The notes under the pieces: model-generated
Seen by the model: only the letters and a program-made list of their open reading frames with translations
Database searches by the model: none
Told to the model about the DNA's origin: nothing
Made by a program: the position numbers and the translations under genes
Shown here: piece by piece, positions 1 through 13,074 of the stretch
Layout: every line of letters starts with the position of its first letter
Numbering within the stretch: the stretch's first letter is position 1
Origin: Eledone cirrhosa
Taxonomy: Eukaryota
Direction: 5' to 3'
DNA: 64,000 bases
NCBI GenBank assembly: GCA_964016885.1
Contig: OZ024740.1
Location: 237,956,001-238,020,000 of the forward strand

Positions 1-1184
1 TCCTCCCATTTCTGGGTGAGAGAAGCCACCCTGCTCGTCACCTCGTCCCAGTTTTTGTCCGTCTGGAGGTCCGGACCGAACCAGACCCCTAGCAATTTAA
101 CCGGTCCGTCCGTCCAGTGCTCGACGACGCTGTTGGACGGCATGGGCCTGCCTCTCCAGGTGCCGAGCTGCAGGCCCACCGACTTTTCCTGGTTGATTAT
201 TGCTCCTGTCACCGCTTCGTATTCTCTTAGTGTAGTGCCGATCGCCTCGATGTGTTTGGCGTTCGACACCACTACGGTGACATCGTCCGCATATGCTGAC
301 ACGGATCTTCCACAACCTAGTTTGCGCGGGAACCCCCTCAACATCTCCAGTTTGTGCAGTAATGGCTCGAGAGTCACTACGTACAAGAGGGATGAGAGGG
401 GACATCCTTGGCGCACCGAGCGCATGATGTTGAACGGTTCTGAAAGGTGACCGTTCACTCTCACTACAGAGCAGATGTCGCTGTGCATGGCAGCGATCCA
501 GCCACTGAAGACGGGCCCAAAGCCAGCCACCCTCAGGACTGCTGCTAGATAATGATGGTCAACCCTATCGAAAGCTTTCGACTGATCTAAATTGATCAAG
601 GACCCACCCGTGCCAGGTTCCCTAGCTACCCTCTCCATGATGTATAGCATGAGGTGGAGGTTGTCGTAGATGGATCTGCCTGGAATGGCGCCTGTCTGCA
701 CCTCTCCCACCAGACCACTAACGACAAACGCCAACTTCTTTGCTAGCACCTTGGCCAAAATATTGAACTCTGTGTTTAGCAGAGTTATGGGCCTGAAATT
801 ATCTATGTTATCCCCCTTGTTCGGATCCTTTCTCAGCAACGCCACCGCTCCTTGGCTCACAGAGCTGGGAATTCTCCCGTTCTGTTACCAGTTGCAGTAG
901 ATGTCCGCCAAGAGGCCTCCAAACAAGTCTGGCATCTGTACGTAAAGTTCATAGGACAGACCATCCAAACTAGGCGATTTTCCCCTTGTGCAACCAGTCA
1001 TTGCCTCCCGTATTTCAGCTGCTGTTATCAACTTTTCGCAACACTCCACCTCAGTGGCCGAGAGCCACGGCAGTCCGTTGAGGTAGGCACTAAAGTCCAT
1101 CCCTCGATCCGGCCCGCCGCTGCCCCCAAACAGCTGAGCGAAGTGTTGCTGATAAGCTTCACACATTTGCCCGGGATCGAGTAG
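1..1184 (-). mobile_element. Tx1/L1-clade LINE fragment (RT domain), 5'-truncated, runs off window start
   Basis: Minus-strand translation gives GKSPSLDGLSYELY, NFRPITLLN, DQSKAFDRVDH, VRQGCPLS and SAYADDV, with one in-frame stop near 885. Homologous to the 13790-16400 copy. Confidence 0.92.
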
Positions 1185-1232
1185 CATGCAATAACAGCAA
1201 CAACAACACAGAAGCAGTGGTGGTGTTGGTGT

Positions 1233-1270
<38 letters not shown>

Positions 1271-1345
1271 GTAGTAGTAGTAGTAGTTGCTGCAACATCA
1301 GCACCAGTAGCAGTAGCAACAGTAGTAATAGTAGTAGTAGCAATA
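1185..1345. repeat. (TAG)n/(CAG)-type trinucleotide microsatellite
   Basis: Direct reading; accounts for the poly-L/poly-T ORFs. Confidence 0.95.
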
Positions 1346-2059
1346 GTTTTTTTCCTTCCTGGTCCCAAGAACCCATAAATGCAATACAAAACATGTTTAT
1401 AAATGAGTTACACAATGTGTAGGCAGTGTAGATATATATAATATACAAGATGTAGGGAAAAAATGTAATACAATAAATTGAAACAAGCTAAACATTTAAG
1501 ATAAATCCAACAAGGGTAACCTACCCACACAAAGGTGAGAAGCAGACATTTAGCCTTAGTAAATCTCAGTTTCATAGTCCCTTAGCTGTCAGTAGACTGC
1601 TGACATTGTCTTCTCCAACTGTCCATCCTCTTGAAGCTCCTGGTTTATATATCTCAACCCCATCTTGTTCTCAATCAAAGATTGAAAGAATGGTCCTCCA
1701 TCTGTTTCGATAATTAGTGTTCCAGTTGTTTGATAAATAGAACAGTCTGTTCATGTAATTAACATGTAAATAGCTGAGCATTCCATAATACTCTGGGGGA
1801 TTCGGTGTGACCCTGTGTGATATGGCTGGCCCTTTGAATTACAAGTATATTCCATCCAAGGAGCTTCCATGCATTTTTCATCTTCCCACTTTCACTCATA
1901 AGGCTTGGGTCAACCTGGAGTTATGGTAAACGACACTTGCATAAGATGCCATAATGTAGGATTGAATTCAGGACTTAATAATTGCAAAGTTAACTTCTTA
2001 AACATTACATCTTGCTGCATTCACCATTCTCAATCAACATGGTATGTGATTTGTCCACT

Positions 2060-2940
2060 TTTAGCCTCATTCCCTAATTAGGTATAGGATCAATGGACAG
2101 ATTCTTGTTGCTCTGATGTCTCTATACAAATGCCCGAGTATTTGTGTTTGGATAAATGGTGCTAAGTCAAAATCATTCAATATGGGTGTCAAACTCTGCC
2201 AAGGATACATACTGTCACCTCTCCTGTTTATAATCATCATGATCATGACTGACATGCACAACTGAGTTGGAGGTGGTATCATGACTGGCAAGTGTAAGAT
2301 CAGTCGGCTGGAATTTGTGGTTGACATGGCATTACAATTCATCAGAAGGTAATTTCTGACATGCAATTGATAGGGTTGATGCTGAGTGCTGCATGGCAAG
2401 AATGAAAGTCAATTCTGCAAAACTGAGATACTCGTCCTCTCAATGAGACTTGAACAGTGCTCTCTATATGTGAGTGGAGTTCCATTGAAGCAGGTGGAGA
2501 AGTTATAGTATCTTGGGCCTGTATTCATGAGTGATGGAAGGCAGGAGGCTGAATTAAGTGCAAGAATTCAAGAAGCTGGTGCAGTAATGCTATCTTCAAT
2601 TCAGTATTTGTGCCAACCCTTACCTAAAATAATGATTGAAAGAATACAATCACAAATACAAGTGGCCAAAATGGGATTCCTCTGAAGGGTCTTTAGTGTA
2701 ATGTTACTTGATAGAGTGCATAGCTCAAAGATCAGAGAATCACTTCAGGTAGAGCAGCTACTCCTCTGAATTGAGAGATCACAGCTCCAATATTATGGAC
2801 ATGTTGTTAGAATGTCTAAGGAAAGAATCACTGGACAGATTTTATGGGCAAAACCAACAAGCAAGATTATTGGATAACATCCATGAGCACAGCTGGTCTT
2901 GTTTGGAGATTCAGCTGGATCAATTGAAGATTATTGCAAA
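2060..2940 (+). mobile_element. Decayed RTE-clade LINE, 3' half
   Basis: Broken frames QGYILSPLLFII, KQVEK.*YLG.VFMSDGRQEAE, LLDRVHSSKIRESLQVEQLLL and LQYYGHVVRM. Confidence 0.75.
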
Positions 2941-3460
2941 TGTCAGTATATTCTGATGTAGCTCTCCCATATCCTGATTCAAGCAGGATGTCCGTCAACA
3001 GCTCTAGCTTCTGCAATAGTGGCTTGAGAGTCAACACATAAAGAAAGGAGGAGAAAAGGCACCCTTGACAATGAGTGCATGATCTGTTTGTGTATTTTCT
3101 AATCAATGCTACTACTTCCCAACTCACAAACTAAGTGTTCTCCTGTTTTGCCGTTTTGCTGGTAGACTGCTATCAGGATACCAATGAACAAGTCTGGCAT
3201 ATCTGCATAGAGCTTGTGAGGCAGAGCTTCCAAACTAGACAATCTGCACTTTGTACAATCATTTGGGTTATCTGTAAAATATGATTTGGTCATGTGCTTG
3301 TCAATTTCAAGCAGATGTTTGCAGCTTTCCATTGGCACTTTACACAACTGTTCAGAGTGATAATGGTAGTGGACTGTAGTTCCTACTTTGACAGTCTAAA
3401 ACTACTCCTGACAGAAGATGAGGAATGCTGTGAAAAGCTGATAGCAATAAATATTAATGA
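2940..3460. mobile_element. Old Tx1-clade fragments in both orientations
   Basis: Minus strand: LYADMPDLF and QGCLFSSFLYVLTLKPLLQKL. Plus strand: QMFAAFHWHFTQLF and EECCEKLI. All match the 1-1184 element. Confidence 0.7.
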
Positions 3461-3603
3461 TTGTAATCCTATATTGACCAATTTAAATTAAGCATAAATG
3501 TTTTGATTGATATCTGAATGTTTGGTTTAAATCTTGTTTAAACACTGGTTTGAAGATAGCGAGTTTAGATTTTACACCTACTTTCCTTCTTCTGATGACT
3601 AAG

Positions 3604-5563
3604 TGCTGAAATTGGTGCTTTACTACACTAACTTCTACAATTCCCGGCCTCCTGCCCTCCATCACCCATGAAAATTACCCCCAAGATACTTAAACTTCTC
3701 CAGCTGCTTCCTTATTATTCCCTCTTTTTTCTATCTTTAAATAGTATTTCTATTGTAATCAAATTCATTATAAAGATATCCATATTATAATGGAGGTAAG
3801 TGCAATATATCTCTATGTAATCAAAACTCCAATCTTGAAATTGTTGATTGATTCAAACTATACTGCCAGGATTCTACCACTTCTGATACCAACCACCTCT
3901 TACTTTGCCCTTCTCCGTCACAATCCAAACCCCACTCTTTACATCTCTCCTACACTGTAATCACCTATCTATCTACTTCCCGTCTCCACCTTTCAACCTA
4001 TTCACTTCTTTTTCACTTTCACTAGCCATTATATTACTTTATTCCTTTGTCAAAGCATTTTTGTTGAAAACTTTACACAAATTTATCAATTACCAAAGTT
4101 GACTTTGCCTATTTCTCAAATATTTTTAATGTGATTTTTGTTTCATACTCATAAACTGAACTAAAAAGTGGCTGTATCACTCTGATCATGAAAATGTCAA
4201 AATGGTATCTTTGTCTGAAACAACAACTTTGTATACTAAAAACAATACACTCACTATGATATTCTTCACAGTATTTAGCATAACAAAACCTGTAATTACA
4301 TCTGAAGACACCTCTAATTTATTGAGTTAATATAACAAATTTTGATATGTAAATGGAAGCAACAAAGCAAACAGAACAATGAAGAAATATATTAGTTTAA
4401 TGATTGATATAGTAGGAAAAGAGTCTTTACGTTTTGGACAGTGATCCTTCACCAGAAGATAGTATGAGGAATAAACAATGAAATAGAAAGATAGAGTGAA
4501 ACAAGATAGAGGTATTAATTAATTTCCTTTAAGACACTGTCTAACCAGCAAGGAGAAATATTTCTCCTTGCTGGTTAGACAGAGTCTTAAAGGAAATTAA
4601 TTAATACCTCTATCTTTTTAAAACACATACTTTTTCTCAAACAATATTTTTCCATTCCTTTCTCGTTTCACTCTATCTTTCTATTTCATTGTTTATTCCT
4701 CATACTATCTTCTGGTGAAGGATCACTGTCCAAAACGTAAAGACTCTTTTCCTACTATATCAATCATTAAACTAATATATTTCTTCATTGTTCTGTTTGC
4801 TTTGTTGCTTCCATTTACATATCAAAATTTGTTATATTAACTCAATAAATTAGAGGTGTCTTCAGATGTAATTACAGGTTTTGTTATGCTAAATACTGTG
4901 AAGAATATCATAGTGAGTATATTGTTTTTAGTATACAAAGTTGTTGTTTCAGACAAAGATACCATTTTGACATTTTCATGATCAGAGTGATACAGCCACT
5001 TTTTAGTTCAGTTTATGAGTATGAAACAAAAATCACATTAAAAATATTTGAGAAATAGGCAAAGTCAACTTTGGTAATTGATAAATTTGTGTAAAGTTTT
5101 CAACAAAAATGCTTTGACAAAGGAATAAAGTAATATAATGGCTGGTGAAAGTGAAAAAGAAGTGAATAGGTTGAAAGGTGGAGATGGGAAGTAGATAGAT
5201 AGGTGATTACAGTGTAGGAGAGATGTAAAGAGTGGGGTTTGGATTGTGACGGAGAAGGGCAAAGTAAGAGGTGGTTGGTATCAGAAGTGGTAGAATCCTG
5301 GCAGTATAGTTTGAATCAATCAACAATTTCAAGTTTGGAGTTTTGATTACATAGAGATATATTGCACTTACCTCCATTATAATATGGATATCTTTATAAT
5401 GAATTTGATTACAATAGAAATACTATTTAAAGATAGAAAAAAGAGGGAATAATAAGGAAGCAGCTGGAGAAGTTTAAGTATCTTGGGGGTAATTTTCATG
5501 AGTGATGGAGGGCAGGAGGCCGGGAATTGTAGAAGTTAGTGTAGTAAAGCACCAACTTCAGTA
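3604..5563. repeat. Spacerless ~2 kb palindrome (arms 3604-4559 and 4560-5563)
   Basis: Centre ...GGAGAAAT|ATTTCTCC...; arms are near-identical with a few substitutions and a 48-bp indel (4617-4664). Mirror ORFs at 3905+ and 5262-. Confidence 0.97.
4708..4743 (+). ncRNA. Degenerate minimal type I hammerhead in a PLE pseudo-LTR (mirror copy near 4423-4458 minus)
   Basis: TCTT-CTGGTGA-AGGA-TCACTG-TCC-AAAAC-GTA-AAGA; two core substitutions relative to the intact 23072 copy. Confidence 0.7.
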
Positions 5564-8500
5564 TACAGTGTAGTATTTTTCCTAGTTTAATAAATTTAAC
5601 TCTAATAAATTTGAAAAGTTATATCAACTTCAATTCATGATTGGTATTTGTTTTATTAGCAAAGTTGGCTCCAATTCTATTGGAACTCACAGCATAAAGT
5701 GGCATAACTAAACCCAGCATGGTATATTATCTAATGCTTTCCTGCTTTAGACAATAACAATAAAAATAATAATGATTTCTAACATAAGCCATAGATGGGT
5801 GAAAGGCAGATTCAGACACCATAAGATTTAAACTCAAATCATAAAAAGAAGTAACTAAATATTGCAAGTCATTAATTCTACCTTTGTTCTGATTCTGGCA
5901 CCATCTGTCTTTAACAAGAACAATAACAATACTAACAGCACCAATAGCATCAACAATAACAATAATCATAATATTTATGAGAGAAAGTAACTGAAAGTGT
6001 TTCCATAGAAACAGAAGGTGAACATGTATATTCATGAAAATATTCGAAATAGATGTATCTCTAAATAGAAGTAAATTGGCCAGGTCAAGGTTTGTGTCAG
6101 AATAACTAATATGATAAGGTTAGGTGCTAAGTTTAGCAATTTAAGCCAACTGGGGTCAGTAGTAACATGTCTGTGAAGCTGATTCTTGAACATAGTAAAA
6201 TGGAAATGGAATGTCCATCTATAATTACATTGAAGTGTTACACTGACTAACAAATATAGTTTCATTGATTTTTCAAAACTTCCATAAAATGTTTAGGTTC
6301 AACAAGAGAATGACCTCTGTTTAGGTCACATTTCTTCTAATAGAATAGTTTGGTGATAAATTCTATAAAAGATTTATTCCTTTCAAGAAGATTCTAGAAG
6401 AAACATGAAAAGTGCATTTGGTAATTACAAGATATCACAGTTTTAGGAGTGAATGATCATAGCTGAGGAGAAACAAGGGTTGAGCTATGATGGTTGCTGG
6501 GTGCTGACTTAGTGAGTTATTACAGCTGGGGTGATGGCAGAGGTTGATTTAATAGACTATAACTGAGAGAATACTGATTTAGCAAATTATTATAGTTGGT
6601 GGGGGTGTGTAGCAGTTGACCTAATGAGATATGACTGAGTAAACTTCCACATTTATTACCCAATTTACTATTAGTACCTCCACTTGGTCCTTCGGTGCTT
6701 TAGTTGATGCAATCTGTTGCAAGTATTCAGGTTAACTTGGAGGGCTCGAAAATATTCATGGGCGTTTTCTAACAGACCCCCCATACACTCAAAGCATGAA
6801 ATGAAGCAGAATACATTAACTAACCCCACGATATGTGGTGGCTGAGAAAAAAACATTTAACCACATTGTTTCTGGTTGCCTATGAATGACAAAGCCTGCA
6901 GTTTTATGAAATACCAACAGAACAGAACAGAGGTGATGTAAACATACACCAGAGAAAGTCTCGGAGAATGACTGAGGAGACATATGCCAGAGAAGGAGGT
7001 CCAGATAAATTGAAGCAATATATTGAAACAAAATTATAATGTGTGAGCCATTGACCTTAAGAAATAACAAGGAATTGGTCAAATTATAAATTGTGAGTGT
7101 CATCTTAATATGATTATTAATTTTGATATATTTCTTAGTTATTCATCTCACATTAGCGCCCAGAAATATTTGTTTGAAAATTAATTCAGTGTTAACTTGC
7201 TCTAGCTTGATTCTCCTGATGAGTGGCTTTTGAGACTTTTTATAGAAAGCTTGCTGCCATTCCTCCAGAAAATTTGGATTTATTCAATTCAGTTTTAGGG
7301 TGAAGAGACTACAGCTTGATTTCAAAGGCTAGGCACCTTCAATGACTGCACTTTATAATGACAAGCTATGTGGTTTCAAAATATTGTTTTTGTTTCTTCA
7401 TCTGGGAAGTTCACATGTTCTTGCATATATCTTATGGTGGAACAAATTTTAAAGCTTCTTACTACTTCAGAAAGCATATTCTTGGTTGGAATACCGACCT
7501 GTCTATCCCAAATAATAAATTTTGCATCATAAACACTGTCTAAGGTGAAAATAGCAACCTGATACAGTTTTCAAGGGAAAGTATCTTTTTCATGCTGTTT
7601 ATTGCAACTATTTTAGAATATACTAGTATTGATAATGGATAAATACTTTTCTTGAAAATTATGTCATAAGTCTATTTATCTTTATTTTTATTCTTATATA
7701 CTGAAAACTAAGGGTAAAGTTTTCATTTCAGAAAAAATGGTATGAAGGGTATAAAGTTGCATGCTGAGAAGCACATGAGAAAATCACTAACCACTTCTTT
7801 TCTGTTGCCAAAACTTTAACATTTTTATTGTTGAATAAATATAAACAGCCAGATCTTATAATAATAAAAAATCATTGCCTACTGACATAAGTGTTAAATC
7901 ATTGTTGCATTATTCTGCTTTCTTATTCACCATACACTGCACAATGATGACCCTTTATGAGACAATACAATACATACACATAAATGTAGATCACTTACAA
8001 AATTATTAATTACATATGTCGCATCATCTGATTCTGCTGCAGATGATTATATATTTCCAATATAGCTCAAATTTGGCAGATGTAAATGTCTAATAGTGAT
8101 CTTAAGGAATCTTTTGAATAACATTAGCATATGGCACAGCTCTAGTTAGGCACTCAAACTGTTTCTCATATCTCCAATAAAGATGGGTTTCTCATTTTAC
8201 ATATATATATATCTATTCAAAGCTTGATTGCTATTCACAGTAGTGATATTTTAGGAGAAAAAGATCATATAAAAATAAATGAATGATTTATATTTTTATC
8301 ACTTGAAGGATCGGACTTGGTGAGAAAAACAGAGTAGCAATGGAGTGAATCATCAGCTTTAAATGAATGAGAAAACTCAGCTACAAATATTGAGTACTTT
8401 TTTTCATGCTTACTTACCCAGATGTGTGTGTGTGTGTGTTAATATGTGCATAGTTAAAGATCAACATATACTGGATTCAACATAATCTATATATGCAGAT

Positions 8501-8694
8501 ATTCAAATAAATATCTGTAAGATATTTTTTATTAGATCTATCTCAAGATATGGAACATTATCGTGACATTAATATTCATATATCAATATAACATTCTGTA
8601 TATTGCAAGATTTTATTGTATATATGTATGTATATATATATATGTATATTTATATGTATATATGTATATATGTATATTCATATGTATATATATA

Positions 8695-9309
8695 TATATA
8701 CATGTATATGTATATAGAAGTATATAAAACAGATTTATATATATATATATGAATATAAATCTGTTTTATATACTTTGTGATATATATATATATATATAAC
8801 TATATATATATGTATATATGTATGTATGTATATATAAATGTATATATATATATATATATATATATATGTAGGAGGTGAGTTTTATTGTAGTACAATAAAG
8901 CAATGCAGATATCGGATAAGAAGCACTCTACAGTTTGTGGGACTGGAGTATGCATAATATAAGATCAAAAGATGGTTAAAGGAGTTCAATATATTTTATT
9001 ATGCGCATTTCAAAAACAAACATCATCAAATAATAATATTTGTGTTTTCATCAGATAAAACAGGAGAACATGATATGAAGGCTAAAAAAACACTTGTTGA
9101 TAGTGCAGTTTTAAATCAACATATCTTGATTTAAAACATATTTAACATATGTTGATTTAAAACTGCACTATCAACAAGTGTTTTTTTAGCCTTCATATCA
9201 TGTTCTCCTGTTTTATCTGATGAAAACACAAATATTATTATTTGATGATGTTTGTTTTTGAAATGCGCATAATAAAATATATTGAACTCCTTTAACCATC
9301 TTTTGATCT

Positions 9310-9345
<36 letters not shown>

Positions 9346-9488
9346 TTATATATACATACATACATACATATATACATATATATATAGTTATATATATATA
9401 TCACAAAGTTTATAAAACAGATTTATATACATATATATATATATATAAATCTATTTTATATACTTCTATATACATATACATGTATATA
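8695..9488. repeat. Fold-back structure: inverted PLE pseudo-LTR pair (8954-9124 / 9146-9317) plus inverted AT-rich flanks
   Basis: Arms are reverse complements of each other, and 8695-8867 mirrors 9318-9488. Confidence 0.9.
9211..9277 (+). ncRNA. Type I hammerhead ribozyme motif, intact core (mirror copy 8994-9060 minus)
   Basis: Stem I TTTTAT/ATAAAA, CTGATGA, AT-rich stem II, GAAA, palindromic stem III ATGCGCAT, predicted cleavage triplet AUA. Confidence 0.8.
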
Positions 9489-10089
9489 CCAATATGGTTT
9501 CCAGCATTCCCTCTGGCTTCCTAACAATTCTCACGACACAACATTACCATGGTTACAACTTACAACTTTTGGTTTAAAAACTGGGGAAAATATAGGATAT
9601 GAGAATTGATTTCTCCAAAATTTGAAACATCAAATATTCCACATGAAAGCTAAATTACTGTTTTGGTGTAGTTAAATGATAAATGCAATGCTGGTACTGC
9701 TATATGATCGTTGCAACTTTGATGTTGCTGTGATATATGTAACTTTGGTGATGTGATAGATGTAACTCTGGTGATGTTGTGATAGATGCAACTTTGGAAG
9801 CTCTTTCGAAGTTCTTTAGAATCTCTTTGGAAGCTCATTAGCATTTAGTGTACCACACAGAATAAATTTAAAACTTTTATGTAAAACAAAAACATAATGT
9901 CAATTGTGTTTTGTTTTGTTTTTTCTCTTGCCCCATAACTCCTGATAGAGTTGTAGAGGTGCCGTATTGACACACAGCATTTCTTGGGCATCTTAAGCCT
10001 GGCACAGCCCATCCCTCTCCAGGCCTGAGTACAGCAGATTTCTTCCAGAGAAAGATAGAAAGTGAGAGAGAGGAAATGAGAAAGAGATA

Positions 10090-10255
10090 TAGAGGAAGAA
10101 TCCATCCTAGTACTAGACTGGTACATTTTTTATCAACCTCAAATGGATGAAAGGCAAAGTTGACCTCTGTGGAATTTGAACTCAGAGAGAAGAAAGCTGG
10201 AAGAAATACCATAAAGCATTCTATCCAATGTTCTAATGACTCTGCCAATTCACCT
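10090..10255 (-). mobile_element. SINE family 2 copy (tRNA-like head, Meta/MESC-like central domain)
   Basis: GAGTTCAAAT B-box followed by TTTGCCTTTCATCC...GATAAAAAATGTACCAGT. Confidence 0.75.
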
Positions 10256-10876
10256 TATATGACAATTGTTAACAACTATTAAAAAGAAGAAGAGATAATT
10301 TCAAACAATTAAGAATATATTTTACATACTTAGGAAAGAACAGATTGATATTTGTCACAGTCAAGTGGCATCTATGTAGTTGTTTCAGAGAATTAGACCT
10401 CATCAGCATAATACAATCACAACCTGCTTGCAGATCAGAAATTACATTTTCATATATAGAAAAAATATTAGGTATATTTTGGGCCATGTGTGTGTGTGTG
10501 TGTGCGTCTGTGTGTCTGTCTGTGTGTATGTGTGTATGTATGTGTGTGTGTGCATGCATGTGTGTGTGCATATCATAGCTTTGGATCAATCTGGCCTTAT
10601 GAATCAAATTGGGTAAACACAAAGTTTTGGGAACTCCATTGAATGGACTGTACCTGTAATTCAAAAGGACAGCTTTGTCACACTAAATTACTCTGAAAAG
10701 TTTGTTATGGGTAGATGTATGTGTAGAATTCTTCATGGATGGACTGTTCAATTGATTGAATGGTGGGATACTCATCTTTGGCAGAGGTTTATTCAATATA
10801 CATATATATGGTTCATAATATATAGGATATAAGGCATATAGGATATATTTATGTATAATTTGTGTTCACCCAATGT

Positions 10877-11100
10877 GGAGGCACGTAGCTTAGTGGTTAG
10901 AGTATTGTATTCACAATTGTGAGGTTGCGAGTTCAATTCTCCTACTGGGTGATGCGTTATGTCCTTGAGCAAAACACTTTATTTCACATTGCTCTTTCTG
11001 CCAGGAGCTGCAACCAGTAGATAGTATCAGCAATAGAAAGACCGATGGAAATATTGTTTCGTTGATCCGATTTGGTCCACTCAGCAAGCAAATAATGTCT
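10877..11100 (+). mobile_element. SINE family 1 copy (tRNA-derived head plus CORE-like domain)
   Basis: A box TAGCTTAGTGG, B box GAGTTCAATTC, then TGTCCTTGAGCAAAACACTTT; similar to 52500-52805. Confidence 0.8.
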
Positions 11101-11418
11101 GAGATATTGTCGATCGATTTCCCCCTTCCTTCCCCTCCTTCTCTATGTGTCTTGCTATGAATATTTCAAATTGTGATCATGTTATAGTTATTGCACCTTC
11201 CATGTGAGAAAATCAGACATGTATTTCCTAATTTTTATCCATCATTGGTGATATTTACTCACTCAGCACTGAGACAAAAATAAACTATAGCTTATAAGCT
11301 TTTTTTAGTGTGAAACATCAGCTGGAGATGCAGAGTTGATCCCCCTTTTTTTTAAATGATTAGGATATGCCTTGAAAGAGATTTGATTTTTATTTCTCAT
11401 AGGTTCTTAGTTTGTAAT

Positions 11419-11972
11419 GTCTAGGGCGGGTAAAATTCCTAGATCCATGGACGAGTCCTCTCCAGCGGTCTCTGTCCCTTATTATTGCTGCCATGTCCTG
11501 CGTCTCCAAGAGACCAGTGTCTGTCCTTAGGACATCAACATATGTTAACCTCGGTCTTCCTCTACCTGTGTGTCCATGCAGGGGCTCCCACAGGAGCACT
11601 GAGTGCAGTGTCAACTGTGGATGTTGGTGAGCATGTCCAGCTAACCTCAGTCTCCTCTGTGCCACTCTCGGGATGACTTTTGGGAGGCTCCCGTACAGCT
11701 CTGAGCTCTTCATCCTGTATTTGGGAGCAAAGATTGGGAACGCAGAAGATGATGGGGTCGAGAGGAAGAGCAAAGCCTGGGCTGCGTGCCACAACTTGAG
11801 ATCGGTGTGGAAGTTGGATCTTCATAAAGACCTGAAGATCCGTCTCTTCATTGCTGTAGTGGAGTCTGTGCTGCTGTACGGGTCTGAGACTTGGACAGTG
11901 ACCAAGAAACTCACTCAGATGGTGGATGGGTGCTACATGAGAATGCCGAGGATGGCTCTGAACATTAATCAA
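11419..11972 (-). mobile_element. RTE-clade LINE 3' fragment with 5' inversion and 11-bp TSD
   Basis: Minus strand: SELYGSLPKV..RRLRLAGH..GRGRPRLTYVD. Plus strand: YLG..VVESVLLYGSETW..RMALNIN. TAGTTTGTAAT occurs at 11408-11418 and 11973-11983. Confidence 0.9.
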
Positions 11973-12429
11973 TAGTTTGTAATATAGAGGGGAAATTTTA
12001 TTAATATAGGAAGGTTCAGATATTGGATGTTAAGAGGGAATGTTAGGTCAAGAGATATATATATATTAAATCGTTTATGATCCCTGACACTGTTCTCTGC
12101 CAGTATCAAGGACACTTAAATTTAAATATTTCAATAAATATATTATACAAGAAGATATAGTTGATATGTATAAGCAACAAAATCACTGCTTAATTCCTCT
12201 ATGATTGGCTAACTTTGCAGTATCCTAAATATTCACAAATGTAAACAAATGTCATTATTGTCATTAATGAGGTACTATTGTTATGGTAACAGCACAGCAC
12301 AGCTCTATTTGTGTTAGTCTCTCTGGATGTGAGTGATTAGCAGTAAGAATGATACCATCCCATCTTTAACACCAATAGCTATAAACAAAAACCATCTCAT
12401 CCATGTTGGAATAAAAAGAAAACTGGTGT

Positions 12430-12770
12430 AATAAAGGGCTCTTTTGGTTATGACATACATAGAATGTTCCTCTCTAAAGTGTAAGCCTGAGCAAGGTATT
12501 TTGTGGAAGACCTGCAGTTTCCCATACACACCAGTCTTCCTAGCATGTCAGTCTCACTTCTCCGTGCCACCCATGTTCTCTGAGGGAAAACAAAGGCTGA
12601 TAGAGCTTGGCACTGATACTGTTGTAATTTATTTTTACCAGCTGAGTGGACTGAAGAAGTGTGAAATAATGTGCCTTGCTCAAAGACACATTGCACCATC
12701 CACTCAGGGATTGAACTCACAACCTTATCATCATGAGTCAAAAATCCTAACCACTGAGACACGCACATTC
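12430..12770 (-). mobile_element. SINE family 1-like copy
   Basis: Minus strand CTCAGTGGTTAGG...GAGTTCAATCC...TGTCTTTGAGCAAGGCACATT. Confidence 0.7.
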
Positions 12771-13074
12771 ACATCTTCACAAAAGAAAAATTGATGAAAA
12801 ATTGTCATGAGCTAACTTGATTGTACATCAATCAGTTGTCTTTAGTGTTGGAAGAGATTTGTAAATATTGGTAAAATCTTTTCATTCATTTTAAACAACT
12901 TTTTGTGTTTCTATTGGCAACATTTTAGTCATGATATACACAATATGTATATGTATGGGATAATGTAGTATATATTTACCAGAGATATTGATCACAGCTT
13001 TGGTATTTTTTCCTGTTTTACGAAAATGGCATAATGAATTGACAGAAAAGGTAGGGAATCAGCTTAACTGCATT

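Noticed and set aside
5600-8600. Host gene exons in unique-looking stretches (also 25000-26700, 38900-40000, 43850-44450)
   Set aside because: No recognisable domain or convincing splice-bounded open frame; small exons cannot be excluded without RNA-seq.
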